Shown here in pieces: positions 52,361 to 61,589 of a stretch of DNA of 64,000 nt (the first letter of the stretch is position 1; each line of letters starts with the position of its first letter). Source of the stretch: Dehalococcoidia bacterium (GTDB lineage: Bacteria; Chloroflexota; Dehalococcoidia; GIF9; AB-539-J10). The notes under the pieces are model-generated. The model saw only the letters and a list, made by a program, of their open reading frames with translations. It ran no database searches and was not told where the DNA came from. The stretch is from positions 96,001-160,000 of the forward strand of contig JAUWOR010000002.1 of assembly GCA_030612025.1 (NCBI GenBank). The letters run 5' to 3'. The position numbers and the translations under genes were made by a program.

Positions 52361-52407
52361 CAGCTATCAGCTTCCAGTCTTCAGCTATCAGCTGACTGCT
52401 GAATGCT
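52361..52407. repeat. CAGCTAT heptamer repeat overlapping the thiE stop
   Basis: CAGCTAT CAGCTTC CAGTCTT CAGCTAT CAG followed by inverted CTGACTG CTGAATG. Confidence 0.7.
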
Positions 52408-53506
52408 CCTCCTTTCTGCTCATCCCCATTTTCGCCATCAGCCGCTGCACCGCTCCTTTAACATCTTCCTTACCTAAGACAGCGCTGATTACAGCTACAG
52501 AATCAGCCCCGGCAGCCATAACTTCATCAATGTTACCCTCATTGATCCCACCAATAGCCACCAAAGGGGAAGATACTGCTTGTCTGATTTGTTTCAGCCT
52601 ATTTACCCCCACCACAGTAGCATTCTTCTTTGTTGGCGTGGGAAATATAGAGCCTACCGCGATATAATCTGCTCCTTCATTTTGCGCCTTTATCGCCTGA
52701 GATACCTTGGCGACAGAACAGCCAACTATTTTATCTATGGGCAGCTCCTTCCTAATGATAGGTAGAGGTAAATCTTCTTGCCCGATGTGAAGTCCGTCAG
52801 CACCAACAGCTAGGACCAAATCAAGATAATCGTTTATTATGAATAAAATACCAGATTTATCGCAGAGGGCTTTAAGTTTTTGGGCTACAGGCAGCAATTC
52901 TGCTTTGCTACTTTGCTTATCGCGAAGCTGGATAACCTTAGCACCACCTTGGATAACCTGTTCAGCAACTTCTAGTTCATCTCTGCCAGCTAAGGCTTGC
53001 CTATCCAGGATAACATAAAGCCCAGCTAGCTGTTTTACCTTATCCTGGCGTAATATTCTAGAAGTCAGTTGCTGCTCCAAAGTATAGAGGCTGAATCGTA
53101 GTTGCTCAAACTTGGCTGAATTCAACATGGAACTCGTCTCCGGTAATTTAGCCAGCTCCTCTATCACCCGCAGCGACTCCGCCACCCTTTTGGCATTGGC
53201 CGTAATTATACCAGGCAAGTCCTGCTGAGCCTTAGCCAAACCCTTTCCCCCAAAGAGAAAGGGCTGGGTGAGGGTTACACCAACATCGTGTTCCGAGTCC
53301 CTTTGAGATAAAAGCTCTAGGCCTAGTGATTTAGTTTCCTCAACCAAGCTATGGCGCATAGCCTTTAATTGCTGGCTTAGCCTGGCATCATTAAGGATGA
53401 AGCGAGCAACATCTTCGAGAAGACGCAAGCCTTCCGATGCTCGGTTAAGGTTAGCGTCAATAATACGCAACACGCGTAGAGGCATAAGCATAGGCAATTT
53501 TAGCAC
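52388..53506 (-). CDS. thiE: Thiamine-phosphate synthase with N-terminal helical extension
   Basis: RIIDANLNRASEGLR; QLRDK, FIIND, LHIGQEDL, FPTPTK, AIGGI; start uncertain. Confidence 0.92.
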   Translation of the reverse strand: MLKLPMLMPLRVLRIIDANLNRASEGLRLLEDVARFILNDARLSQQLKAMRHSLVEETKSLGLELLSQRDSEHDVGVTLTQPFLFGGKGLAKAQQDLPGIITANAKRVAESLRVIEELAKLPETSSMLNSAKFEQLRFSLYTLEQQLTSRILRQDKVKQLAGLYVILDRQALAGRDELEVAEQVIQGGAKVIQLRDKQSSKAELLPVAQKLKALCDKSGILFIINDYLDLVLAVGADGLHIGQEDLPLPIIRKELPIDKIVGCSVAKVSQAIKAQNEGADYIAVGSIFPTPTKKNATVVGVNRLKQIRQAVSSPLVAIGGINEGNIDEVMAAGADSVAVISAVLGKEDVKGAVQRLMAKMGMSRKEEHSAVS

Positions 53507-53589
53507 AAATCGGAGAAACTCGTAACGTTGAAATATTTGTTCTAGGCAGTTTGACTACTAGCAACTTTGTTTCTTATACTCTATATCCT

Positions 53590-53679
53590 GGAGGGGTGAC
53601 CGAGTGGTTTATGGTGGCGGTCTTGAAAACCGTTTTCGCTTTCAAGCGAACGTGGGTTCGAATCCCGCCCCCTCCGCCA
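53590..53679 (+). tRNA. tRNA-Ser (TGA)
   Basis: GGAGGGG acceptor, CT-TGA-AA loop, long variable arm, GCCA end; TTGACT..TATACT promoter. Confidence 0.95.
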
Positions 53680-53693
53680 GAGCAAAGAAGTTC

Positions 53694-53925
53694 TTACTTC
53701 CTTAACACCATTCCCGCTGGGTCTATTTCCTAGCGTAATATCCTCAGGTCTTCCTTAGTAGGCACACAACTTGTTCCAATTTTGTCAGGTATGATAATCT
53801 CAAATTGACTATTCTCCTTTACCTCCTCCAAACTTACCCCGAGGTGTAATGCAATTAATTTAAGCCTTTTTGTTTCCTCATCAAAACCATAGACACCTAA
53901 CTGAGTAATAACCCTGTATGGCCTT
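53694..53925 (-). pseudogene. C-terminal remnant of a CoA-transferase beta subunit (glutaconate CoA-transferase B-like)
   Basis: PYRVITQLGVYGFDEETKRLKLIALHLGVSLEEVKEN...PTKEDLRILR*EIDP with an internal TAG. Confidence 0.75.
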
Positions 53926-53989
53926 GACCCTATTCTTGACTGAACGTGTTATGGGATTTACAATAACAATCTTGCAAGGTGAGTGTAAT

Positions 53990-55024
53990 ATGGCAGAGGA
54001 AATTAAAGTAGTCCATGTAGGATTAGGTCCCCTCGGGTCAAGAATAGCAAGACATATCCTAAATGAGAGAACGGGAATAGGATATGTTGGAGCAATTGAT
54101 GTCTTACCTGAGATTGTGGGGAAAGACCTTGGTGAGGTAATAGGGGCAGGAAGGAAGCTGGGGATAAAGGTTTCCGATGAACCAAAAAATTTATTTGAAG
54201 AAACGAAGCCCGATATAGCAATCTACACAACCACACCATTCCTTAAAGATATCCTCCCCCAGATTGAACCAGCGATTGAAAGTGGAGCAAATGTAATATC
54301 AACCTGTGAGCAACTTGCCTTCCCTTATTTTAGGGATAAGAAATTAACCAAAAAATATGATGAGCTAGCCAGGAAGAACAAGGTAACCGTGCTTGGCACT
54401 GGCATTAACCCCGGCTTCCTGATGGATGTCAGACCAGCCATACTCTCGGCAGCCTGTACCGGAGTAAAGAGGATAGAGGTTATAAGGCGGATGGATGCTA
54501 GCCCGCGAAGAAAACCCTTTCAGAAGAAAATAGGAGCCTCCATGAAACCCGAAGAGTTTAAGAAAGCGCTAAAAGAAGGCAAGATAACGGGACATGTAGG
54601 ACTTGAGGAATCAATCTGCCTTATAGCAGACGCTTTGGGCTGGGAACTGGACGTGGTAAGGGTGGAAGAGGTGGAGCCGGTGATAGCCGAAGAGGAAGTC
54701 TCCTCCCAGTTCTACACTGCCAAAAGGGGGCAGGTAAAAGGCACAAAACAAGAGGCCTATGGAATAGTAAATGGAGAGGAGAGGATTCATCTTTTCTTCA
54801 CCGCTTTCTTAGGGGCAACTCCTTCATTTGATGAAGTTAGGATCGAGGGAACCCCAGAAATAGAGGCAAAAGTTAGTCCCTGCTGGCATGGAGATGATGG
54901 CACTGTGGCCATGGTGGTAAACCTCATACCAGTGGTTATAAACTCTCCGCCGGGAATACTCACTATGAATGATATAGTCCCTATCTCATTTAAGTCCGGA
55001 GACATGAGGAGATTTGTGAAGTAG
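53990..55024 (+). CDS. 2,4-diaminopentanoate dehydrogenase (Ord)-like NAD(P) amino-acid dehydrogenase
   Basis: GLGPLG, GKDLGEV, NVISTCE, LGTGINPGFLMD, FQKKIG, GHVGL.ES, GD.GT.A. Confidence 0.8.
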   Translation: MAEEIKVVHVGLGPLGSRIARHILNERTGIGYVGAIDVLPEIVGKDLGEVIGAGRKLGIKVSDEPKNLFEETKPDIAIYTTTPFLKDILPQIEPAIESGANVISTCEQLAFPYFRDKKLTKKYDELARKNKVTVLGTGINPGFLMDVRPAILSAACTGVKRIEVIRRMDASPRRKPFQKKIGASMKPEEFKKALKEGKITGHVGLEESICLIADALGWELDVVRVEEVEPVIAEEEVSSQFYTAKRGQVKGTKQEAYGIVNGEERIHLFFTAFLGATPSFDEVRIEGTPEIEAKVSPCWHGDDGTVAMVVNLIPVVINSPPGILTMNDIVPISFKSGDMRRFVK

Positions 55025-55045
55025 GGATAAGCAAAGGGGGCAAGA

Positions 55046-57367
55046 GTGACAGGTAAAATGCCAGAAATTAGGATCGACCAAGGAAAGTGTAAAGGATGTA
55101 ATTTATGCCTTGAGCTATGTCCAAAGGGGGTATTCCAAGAAACCCAAGAGATGGGTGCCAAGGGATTTAGGCTTAGAATTCCAGAACTAAGCAGCCAATG
55201 CTCTAATTGTGGTCTGTGTAAATATTTTTGTCCCGAAGAAGCAATAATATTAGACGGTGAATGTTTGATCGATGAATTTTGGGAGCAACTCCAGCAAATA
55301 AAGAAGGTTTCTCAGGCCAGAGGCGGTTGGAAAAAGGTCAAAACTCTTTACCCTAGAAAGCATTTTATAAGCGGTAACATAGCTTGCGTCTGGGCGGCTT
55401 TAGATGCTGGCTGCCGATTCTTTGCTGGCTATCCCATTACTCCAGCCAGTGAACAATCTTACGAAATGGAAAGATTAATGCCCAGTGCTGGCGGGGTTTT
55501 TATTCAGATGGAAAACGAGGATGCTTCAATGGCCGCTCTTTGCGGAGCTTCTTTAGCTGGAGCCAAAGCAATGACGGCTACTTCTGACCCGGGCTTTGAA
55601 AGGATGTTAGAAAACTCAGCTTTTGCTCTCACTAATGAATTGCCGATGGTGGTTGCTGTAGTTCAGAGAACTTCTCCCAGCACCGGTCGTCCCACTGGAA
55701 CCGGCTCCTCATTGGTAAGAGGAGTAAGGTGGGGACCTCATGGAGGAACTGAACATATTGTTTTGTATCCCTCAACAGTTCAAGAAATATACCACTATAC
55801 AATAAAAGCTTTTAATCTAGCTGAGAGGTTTCGAAGTCCGGTGATTTTGATGCTGGAAGCTTCCAACACCCATTTAGAAGAAGGTGTGGAGATTCCACAA
55901 GAAATAGAAGTGTTTGATCGCATTTATATTCCCGGAAATCCTCCTTTCGGACCCACCAAAGACGGCTCTGCCCCCAGTATGCCAAGATTTGGCGATGGCG
56001 AATTTTTGAAAGTCAGTGGGCTTACCCATAATGAAAGAGGAGTTCCTTGCGCCACCATTCCCGAAGTTCACGAAAGAATGGTTAAACATCAAAGAAGAAA
56101 AATTGTTTCCAAAATAGAGGAATTAACTGATGTTGAAGAGTACTTGCTTGACGATGCTGAGATTATGATTATTGCCTATGGTCATACCGCTCGGTCAGCT
56201 AGGTGGGCGATAAAAGAGGCCAGGAAAAGGGGAATGAAAGTGGGGATGCTAAATCTTAGAACTCTTTATCCTTTCCCGGAAGAGAAGGTTAAGAGGTGGA
56301 GCAAAGTCACCAAATGCGTACTAGTTCCTGAGATGAACCAAGGGCAGTTATTTTATGTTGTTCGGGAATCTTCTTTTTCACCAGTAATTTCACTTCCTCA
56401 ACCCGATGGCGAAAGCATCGATCCGAGAAGAATCTTACATTTTTTGGAAACAATGGGGGGAGAATACTGTCAAGACCTCGCTCCCATCCTTCCCCCTACC
56501 ATCTATGATCCACCAGAGTGGAGGGAAGAAAAAGGGGAAATTCCTGAAAGGAACTTCAGTCCTCAAACTATTTTCTGTCCCGGGTGTGGATTGGGGACTT
56601 TAAGGAGCTGTTTACTAAAATGTATCCAGGAAATGAACTGGCCTCTGGAGAAAATAGTGGTAGCTTCAGGGATAGGTTGCACGGCTAGGCTTCCCAATCA
56701 TCTTCCTTTCGATTCAGCAAATACCACTCACGGCTATCCTATTCCTTTTGCTACCGGAGTGAAACTAGCCCAGCCTGATTTACATGTAATAGTTATCAGT
56801 GGAGATGGTGACCTATTCGACATCGGGGCAGGGCAAACAATTCACGGGGCCCGAAGGAACCTTCCCATTTTGGCTATTTGCTTTAATAATTTTGTCTTTG
56901 GGATGACTGGAGGTCAGGTAGCAGCTACCACCCCCTTGGGGGCAATAACTTCTACCACTACTACCGGAAACAAGAGACTGCCTCTCGATTTAGTAAGGCT
57001 GATGCTCGGGGCAAACGCTAAATACGTGGCCCGCTGCCCAATCAGCAAACCCCTCATTTTAAAAGGAATTTTAAAAGAGGCTCTCTGTTTCGACGGGTTT
57101 TCATTTGTAGAAGTTGTCTCTCCATGTCTAATGGGATATGGAAGAAGAAATGAGCTTTTTTCACCATCACAAATTTGGCAAAAGCTTAATCAAGCTTATG
57201 TCGCCAAGGAGATGGCTCGAGAAATATCAGAAACTATCCTGAGGAAAAAATTCAAATCGCTTTTCCCCTTTAGAGAAGAAGTTAAAACAGAAGAGCTTGG
57301 GCAAATAATTTATGGCCGCTTTTCGAACCTAAAAGAGTATGTGAATCTCGTCCCGGAGGAGAGTTGA
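55046..57367 (+). CDS. 2-oxoacid:ferredoxin oxidoreductase, fused delta-alpha-beta subunits
   Basis: Two CxxCxxCxxxCP, AGYPITP, PEMNQGQ, FCPGCG, SGIGC, GDGD..NN TPP motif. Confidence 0.9.
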   Translation: MTGKMPEIRIDQGKCKGCNLCLELCPKGVFQETQEMGAKGFRLRIPELSSQCSNCGLCKYFCPEEAIILDGECLIDEFWEQLQQIKKVSQARGGWKKVKTLYPRKHFISGNIACVWAALDAGCRFFAGYPITPASEQSYEMERLMPSAGGVFIQMENEDASMAALCGASLAGAKAMTATSDPGFERMLENSAFALTNELPMVVAVVQRTSPSTGRPTGTGSSLVRGVRWGPHGGTEHIVLYPSTVQEIYHYTIKAFNLAERFRSPVILMLEASNTHLEEGVEIPQEIEVFDRIYIPGNPPFGPTKDGSAPSMPRFGDGEFLKVSGLTHNERGVPCATIPEVHERMVKHQRRKIVSKIEELTDVEEYLLDDAEIMIIAYGHTARSARWAIKEARKRGMKVGMLNLRTLYPFPEEKVKRWSKVTKCVLVPEMNQGQLFYVVRESSFSPVISLPQPDGESIDPRRILHFLETMGGEYCQDLAPILPPTIYDPPEWREEKGEIPERNFSPQTIFCPGCGLGTLRSCLLKCIQEMNWPLEKIVVASGIGCTARLPNHLPFDSANTTHGYPIPFATGVKLAQPDLHVIVISGDGDLFDIGAGQTIHGARRNLPILAICFNNFVFGMTGGQVAATTPLGAITSTTTTGNKRLPLDLVRLMLGANAKYVARCPISKPLILKGILKEALCFDGFSFVEVVSPCLMGYGRRNELFSPSQIWQKLNQAYVAKEMAREISETILRKKFKSLFPFREEVKTEELGQIIYGRFSNLKEYVNLVPEES

Positions 57368-57900
57368 TGAGAAAAGAAATCGTGATTGCCGGTTTTGGTG
57401 GACAAGGAATTCAAAGGCTAGGGGGAATCCTGGCAAAGGCATTAGATGACAAAGGGTTCTTCATCTCTCTTAAATCAAATTATGGTCCAGCAGCTCGGGG
57501 AGGAAACTCTTTCTCTCAAATTGTGGTTAAAGAATCGTTGGAGGATTGGCCGGAGGTATTGATGGTTGATATTTTAGTAGCGATGTCTCAGGAAGGCTAC
57601 AATGCTTGGATTTCTAAAACTTCCTTGGAATCCAAAGTATTTTTCGATGTTGACATGGTAAAAACTGCGCCACCGCCTCACGCCCATCAATACCCAATTC
57701 CGGCAACTAAAGTGGCTAACGAAATTGGTCCTCAAATCGTGGCCAATATGGTAATGTTTGGGGCAGTAGCAGCAGTAACCGGGTTTTTCTCTCTTGAGAA
57801 TCTTTTTGGAGTGATAAAAAAAGAGGCGGGAAAATTTTCTGACGCCAATCTAGAAGCGGTAAAGGAAGGGTATAAATTGGGTAGCATGTTCCAGAGCTAA
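57367..57900 (+). CDS. 2-oxoacid:ferredoxin oxidoreductase gamma subunit
   Basis: AGFGGQG, YGPAARGG, ANMVMFGA. Confidence 0.9.
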   Translation: MRKEIVIAGFGGQGIQRLGGILAKALDDKGFFISLKSNYGPAARGGNSFSQIVVKESLEDWPEVLMVDILVAMSQEGYNAWISKTSLESKVFFDVDMVKTAPPPHAHQYPIPATKVANEIGPQIVANMVMFGAVAAVTGFFSLENLFGVIKKEAGKFSDANLEAVKEGYKLGSMFQS

Positions 57901-57939
57901 CTACCTGTTGCTATCACAGGTTCAGTTGGCGTGGTTTAT

Positions 57940-58212
57940 CTAAGCAGCTTTGCGACTCCTCCGCTGAATGAAAACAATGGCGCCAAAAAGTGCCGCTCCA
58001 ACGATTTTCGCCATGAGTTCTGGATACATCATAAGGATACCGGAAACAATGTAAATTAAATTACGGACTTGTATATTTGAGCCTCTATCCCCCTCAATGA
58101 TAAGAACATTGTTAGTGGGAAATATAGCTACAAATAAAAAAACTGCCGATGCAGCTATAATGACTAAATTTCGCCTTCGCACCAAAAGAGGCTTTTCGGT
58201 AAATTTGGGCAT
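57940..58212 (-). pseudogene. Chimeric membrane ORF, possible remnant of a deleted TRAP/TAXI transporter operon
   Basis: Signal-anchor-like N-terminus joined to a TRAP-permease-like tail (GILMMYPE..KIVGAALF..IQRR). Confidence 0.35.
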
Positions 58213-58385
58213 GTCAAAAAGCTACCATTTCCCGGGAACTTTCTCTCCAGGTATTCTTAACCATAACATAGTTGTGGTTGGCAAATTTTGTCACGGTGTC
58301 CCCGTGGTCAGTTTTACAAGTTTCTGTTTTTTGGTTTAAACTTGAATTTAGCTACTTCCGGGCGACATTGTGAGCAGGAGGTGAT

Positions 58386-59609
58386 ATGAGACTAAAAATG
58401 GAATGTAGCGAATGCGGGAGGATTTACTCTGCAGAGGAAATGATTTACCGCTGTAAGATATGCGACTATCCCCTGGAAGTAAGATACAACTATAGTTCTA
58501 TTGCCGCCGAGATCAAGGAACAACTAGTGAAGAGGCCGGAAGGGACCGTCTGGAGGTACCGAGAATTACTGCCTATAGCGGATGTCAGCCAAGTAGTCTC
58601 GCTGAACGAAGGAGGTACTCCTCTGCACAAAAGTGTCAGGCTTGCCCAAAGGCTTGGGATTAAAAACTTATACTTAAAGGACGAGACGAGAAACCCCACC
58701 GGTTCTTTCAAAGATAGGGGGAGCAGTGTTGGGGTTTCTAAGGCATTGGAAATCGGTGCTGCTGTTGGCTGCGTTTCCACGGGGAACATGGCTGCTTCCC
58801 TAGCTGCTTATGCCGCTAAAGCGGGGATAAAATGTGTGATTCTGCTCCATGCCGAGACGCCGGCAGAAAAAGTCATCCCTTTGCTGATTTACGGCGCTCA
58901 GGTAATTTCTTTGCCTAAGCCTTACCCGGAAATCTACCAAGCAGGCTTGGAAATCAGCCAAGAGTATGGCCTCTACTGGGTTCACTCTGATGCGCCAATG
59001 CGGGTAGAGGGGCAAAAGACCTGCGCCTATGAGATTTGTGAACAACTGGGGTGGCAGGTGCCGGATAAGGTGATAATTCCCACAAGCAGCGGCGGCAACA
59101 TAAGCGCCCACTGGAAAGGCTGGAAGGAACTGCGCCAGATGAGGTTAACTAGTAAATTACCCTCTATGGTGGTCGTCCAGGCAGAGGGGTGTTGCCCCAT
59201 AGTGAAGGCATTTAAAGAAAGAAAAAAAGATGTCGAGCCGCTTACCGAAGTCAGGACTATTGCCCATTCCATCTCAAATCCCGCCCCTCCCAGTGGGCGA
59301 CGGGTGCTAAAGCTGCTAGGGGAGTGCGGCGGTCTTGCTGAAGCTGTTTCCGATGAAGAGCTGCTCCAAGCTCAAAAGATGCTAGCTGAGACTGAGGGTA
59401 TATTCGCCGAGGTGGCCGGAGCTGCCTCCATTGCTGGCCTAAAGAAGCTGCTAGCAAGGGGCTTAGCTAAAGGGGAAGAAACCGTTGTCTGCCTTGTAAC
59501 TGGCACCGGGCTTAAAGATATAAAGACAGCCATGAAGACAGGCGGCAAACCCCTCAAAGTAGAATCCTGGGCCGAGTGTAGGCGAGTATTACAGGCGATG
59601 AAATTCTGA
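58386..59609 (+). CDS. thrC: Threonine synthase family PLP enzyme
   Basis: N-terminal CxxC pairs, EGGTPL, NPTGSFKDRG, STGN, EGQKT, TGTGLKD. Confidence 0.88.
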   Translation: MRLKMECSECGRIYSAEEMIYRCKICDYPLEVRYNYSSIAAEIKEQLVKRPEGTVWRYRELLPIADVSQVVSLNEGGTPLHKSVRLAQRLGIKNLYLKDETRNPTGSFKDRGSSVGVSKALEIGAAVGCVSTGNMAASLAAYAAKAGIKCVILLHAETPAEKVIPLLIYGAQVISLPKPYPEIYQAGLEISQEYGLYWVHSDAPMRVEGQKTCAYEICEQLGWQVPDKVIIPTSSGGNISAHWKGWKELRQMRLTSKLPSMVVVQAEGCCPIVKAFKERKKDVEPLTEVRTIAHSISNPAPPSGRRVLKLLGECGGLAEAVSDEELLQAQKMLAETEGIFAEVAGAASIAGLKKLLARGLAKGEETVVCLVTGTGLKDIKTAMKTGGKPLKVESWAECRRVLQAMKF

Positions 59610-59758
59610 AGAGCAAAGTTGCTTTTAAGCTACCACCGACATCAAGAATTTGAAGAACAGAAGCGCCTCTCCAGTTTCAACGCTCCCTATTCCAACCTCG
59701 GCAAACCCGCTGGCTATTTGCGCCAAAAAGAGCTTTTGGGAAAGGCTGAGAGTTCTTT

Positions 59759-59871
59759 GTGTCATTGCAAGCGAAGCAATCTGAGGAGAGACACGAGATT
59801 GCTTCGGCACTTTGTGCCTCGCAATGACAAGACAATGAGGCGATGTGTCACTAAGGTATTGAACGAGTACA
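59759..59871. repeat. TGTCATTGC..GCAATGACA palindrome plus terminal motif
   Basis: Ends GTGTCACTAAGGTATTGAACGAGTACA directly at the start of the sucC duplicate. Confidence 0.75.
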
Positions 59872-59928
59872 AAACCTTGCTTTGTGCGAATATGGTTTAA
59901 ATTCCCACCAGATTAAAAAGTAGGCAAG

Positions 59929-60156
59929 GTGAAGATCCACGAATATCAAGCTAAGGCGCTTTTAAGCCAATATGGTATTCCCGTTCCTCGGGGAGGGGTA
60001 GCTTACATTCCCGCTGAAGCCAAGGAGATAGCCACTGAGCTTGGGGATAAAGGGTAATTAAAGCTCAGGTCTATGCTGGAGGAAGAGGCAAAGCTGGTGG
60101 CATAAAGATGGTTAATAACCCGGGAGAGGCAGAAACAGCAGCAAGCAAGCCGATTG
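59929..60156 (+). pseudogene. Frameshifted, truncated duplicate of the sucC 5' end
   Basis: 59871-60156 aligns with 62897-63184, including the upstream region; 1-nt deletion at GATAAAGGGTAA. Confidence 0.9.
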
Positions 60157-60292
60157 AGGTAGCCATGCTGGGATACAGGGAAGAAAGATCGACTCTGGTC
60201 GGGGCAGAGGTGTAAAATCAGTTCCGAAAGCGAACAAAAGGAGCCGCAGATAACTAACGGTTAAAGTGCTGGAGACAATTGACAGTCGGTGA

Positions 60293-61210
60293 TTAGCCTC
60301 CGGCAGAAAAGGTTTTTCGATAACCTGATAATCCTTTTTTTAAGATTTCCTCAATCTCTCTTTTTTCATTTTCTGTTAGCGGTAATAAAGGAAGTCTTGT
60401 TTCTCCGCCAAAATAACCTACCATGTCCAGGGCAGCTTTTAGACCACTTATGCCATAAGTTGCAGTTATTGCCTTATTAACCGGTATCATTTTAAGTTGA
60501 AGTTTCTTTGCTTCTTCGATATCACCATCTTGAACAAGACTAAATATTTTTACACAAATTTCTGGAGCTACATTAGCCAAGGCAAGGATACCACCAGCAC
60601 AGCCCAAGGTTAAAGCCCCCAATAATGCCCCTGCCGTTCCTACCAATACATTAAAGTCTTCATCAACATTATTTAGATACTCACCTAATTGATTTACATT
60701 ACCTGAACTATCTTTTATTCCGATAATATTCGGATGTTTTGACAAGCTTGATACAATATCTACACCAAGGTTGATATGAGTGAATTTAGGCACATTGTAA
60801 AGTACTATAGGAATAGAAGAATTATCCGCAATAGTGGTATAGTGCTTAATTAGCGCTTCAGTATTCATTTGCCCCCCATAGTAAGAGGGAGTTACAATTA
60901 ATGCCGCATGTGCTCCTAATTTACTACAATCTTGGGTTAATCTAATAGTTTCCACCGTTGATTCACAGCTAGACCCCACAATAATCATCATATCCTCAGG
61001 TGCAGCATTAACCACAGTTTTAACTACTTCTCTCTTTTCCTCTTCCGATAAAAAAACAAATTCGCCATTAGAACCAAGAACGACAAACCCTCTAATTCCT
61101 GTTTTACCCCATTTTTCTACATTTGATGCTAATTTATCATAAGCAACTTTCCCTTTTACAAAAGGTGTGGCAATAGGTGGAAAAATTCCCCTTAGATTAA
61201 GTTTTGACAT
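60293..61210 (-). CDS. DapA/NAL-family aldolase, 4-hydroxy-2-oxoglutarate aldolase-like
   Basis: LGSNGEF, TPSYY, LYNVP, IGIKDSSG; markedly AT-rich. Confidence 0.88.
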   Translation of the reverse strand: MSKLNLRGIFPPIATPFVKGKVAYDKLASNVEKWGKTGIRGFVVLGSNGEFVFLSEEEKREVVKTVVNAAPEDMMIIVGSSCESTVETIRLTQDCSKLGAHAALIVTPSYYGGQMNTEALIKHYTTIADNSSIPIVLYNVPKFTHINLGVDIVSSLSKHPNIIGIKDSSGNVNQLGEYLNNVDEDFNVLVGTAGALLGALTLGCAGGILALANVAPEICVKIFSLVQDGDIEEAKKLQLKMIPVNKAITATYGISGLKAALDMVGYFGGETRLPLLPLTENEKREIEEILKKGLSGYRKTFSAGG

Positions 61211-61358
61211 TTAAAAAACCTCCCTGAAAAAGATTCAAATAGTATTATAATTTATATATCATATAGCACCTTCTCTTTTTGTGCTATATTCCTCTCATTT
61301 TTTCAAATAAGATGCCTCAGCAGCTCCTACGCTTGTTCCCAATTTAAAATCATGATTC

Positions 61359-61376
61359 AGGCTGTCCAAAAAGTCC
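61359..61376. mobile_element. Isolated IS-end-like sequence
   Basis: AGGCTGTCCAAAAAGTCC; begins like the MITE TIRs; no transposase nearby. Confidence 0.35.
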
Positions 61377-61405
61377 GATAGGGAGGTAGCCGACGCCAAT
61401 GGAGA

Positions 61406-61550
61406 TCAGCTATCTTGTGCCAATCCTTTTGGTATATAGGAAGGTACCGATTTCTTCACCGCCTCTGGGTTGAGCCATTCCTCCTTACTACAAAGGAATC
61501 CAAGCATAACAATGTTGGCAGCAAGCCTTGTTCCAATGCCGGCACTATCC
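61406..61550 (-). pseudogene. C-terminal remnant of an OFOR gamma subunit
   Basis: GTRLAANIVMLGFL...EAVKKSV..IPKG. Confidence 0.65.
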
Positions 61551-61589
61551 CGCCATAAATTTAATACTCAATGTTCTTAAAACAAGCCC

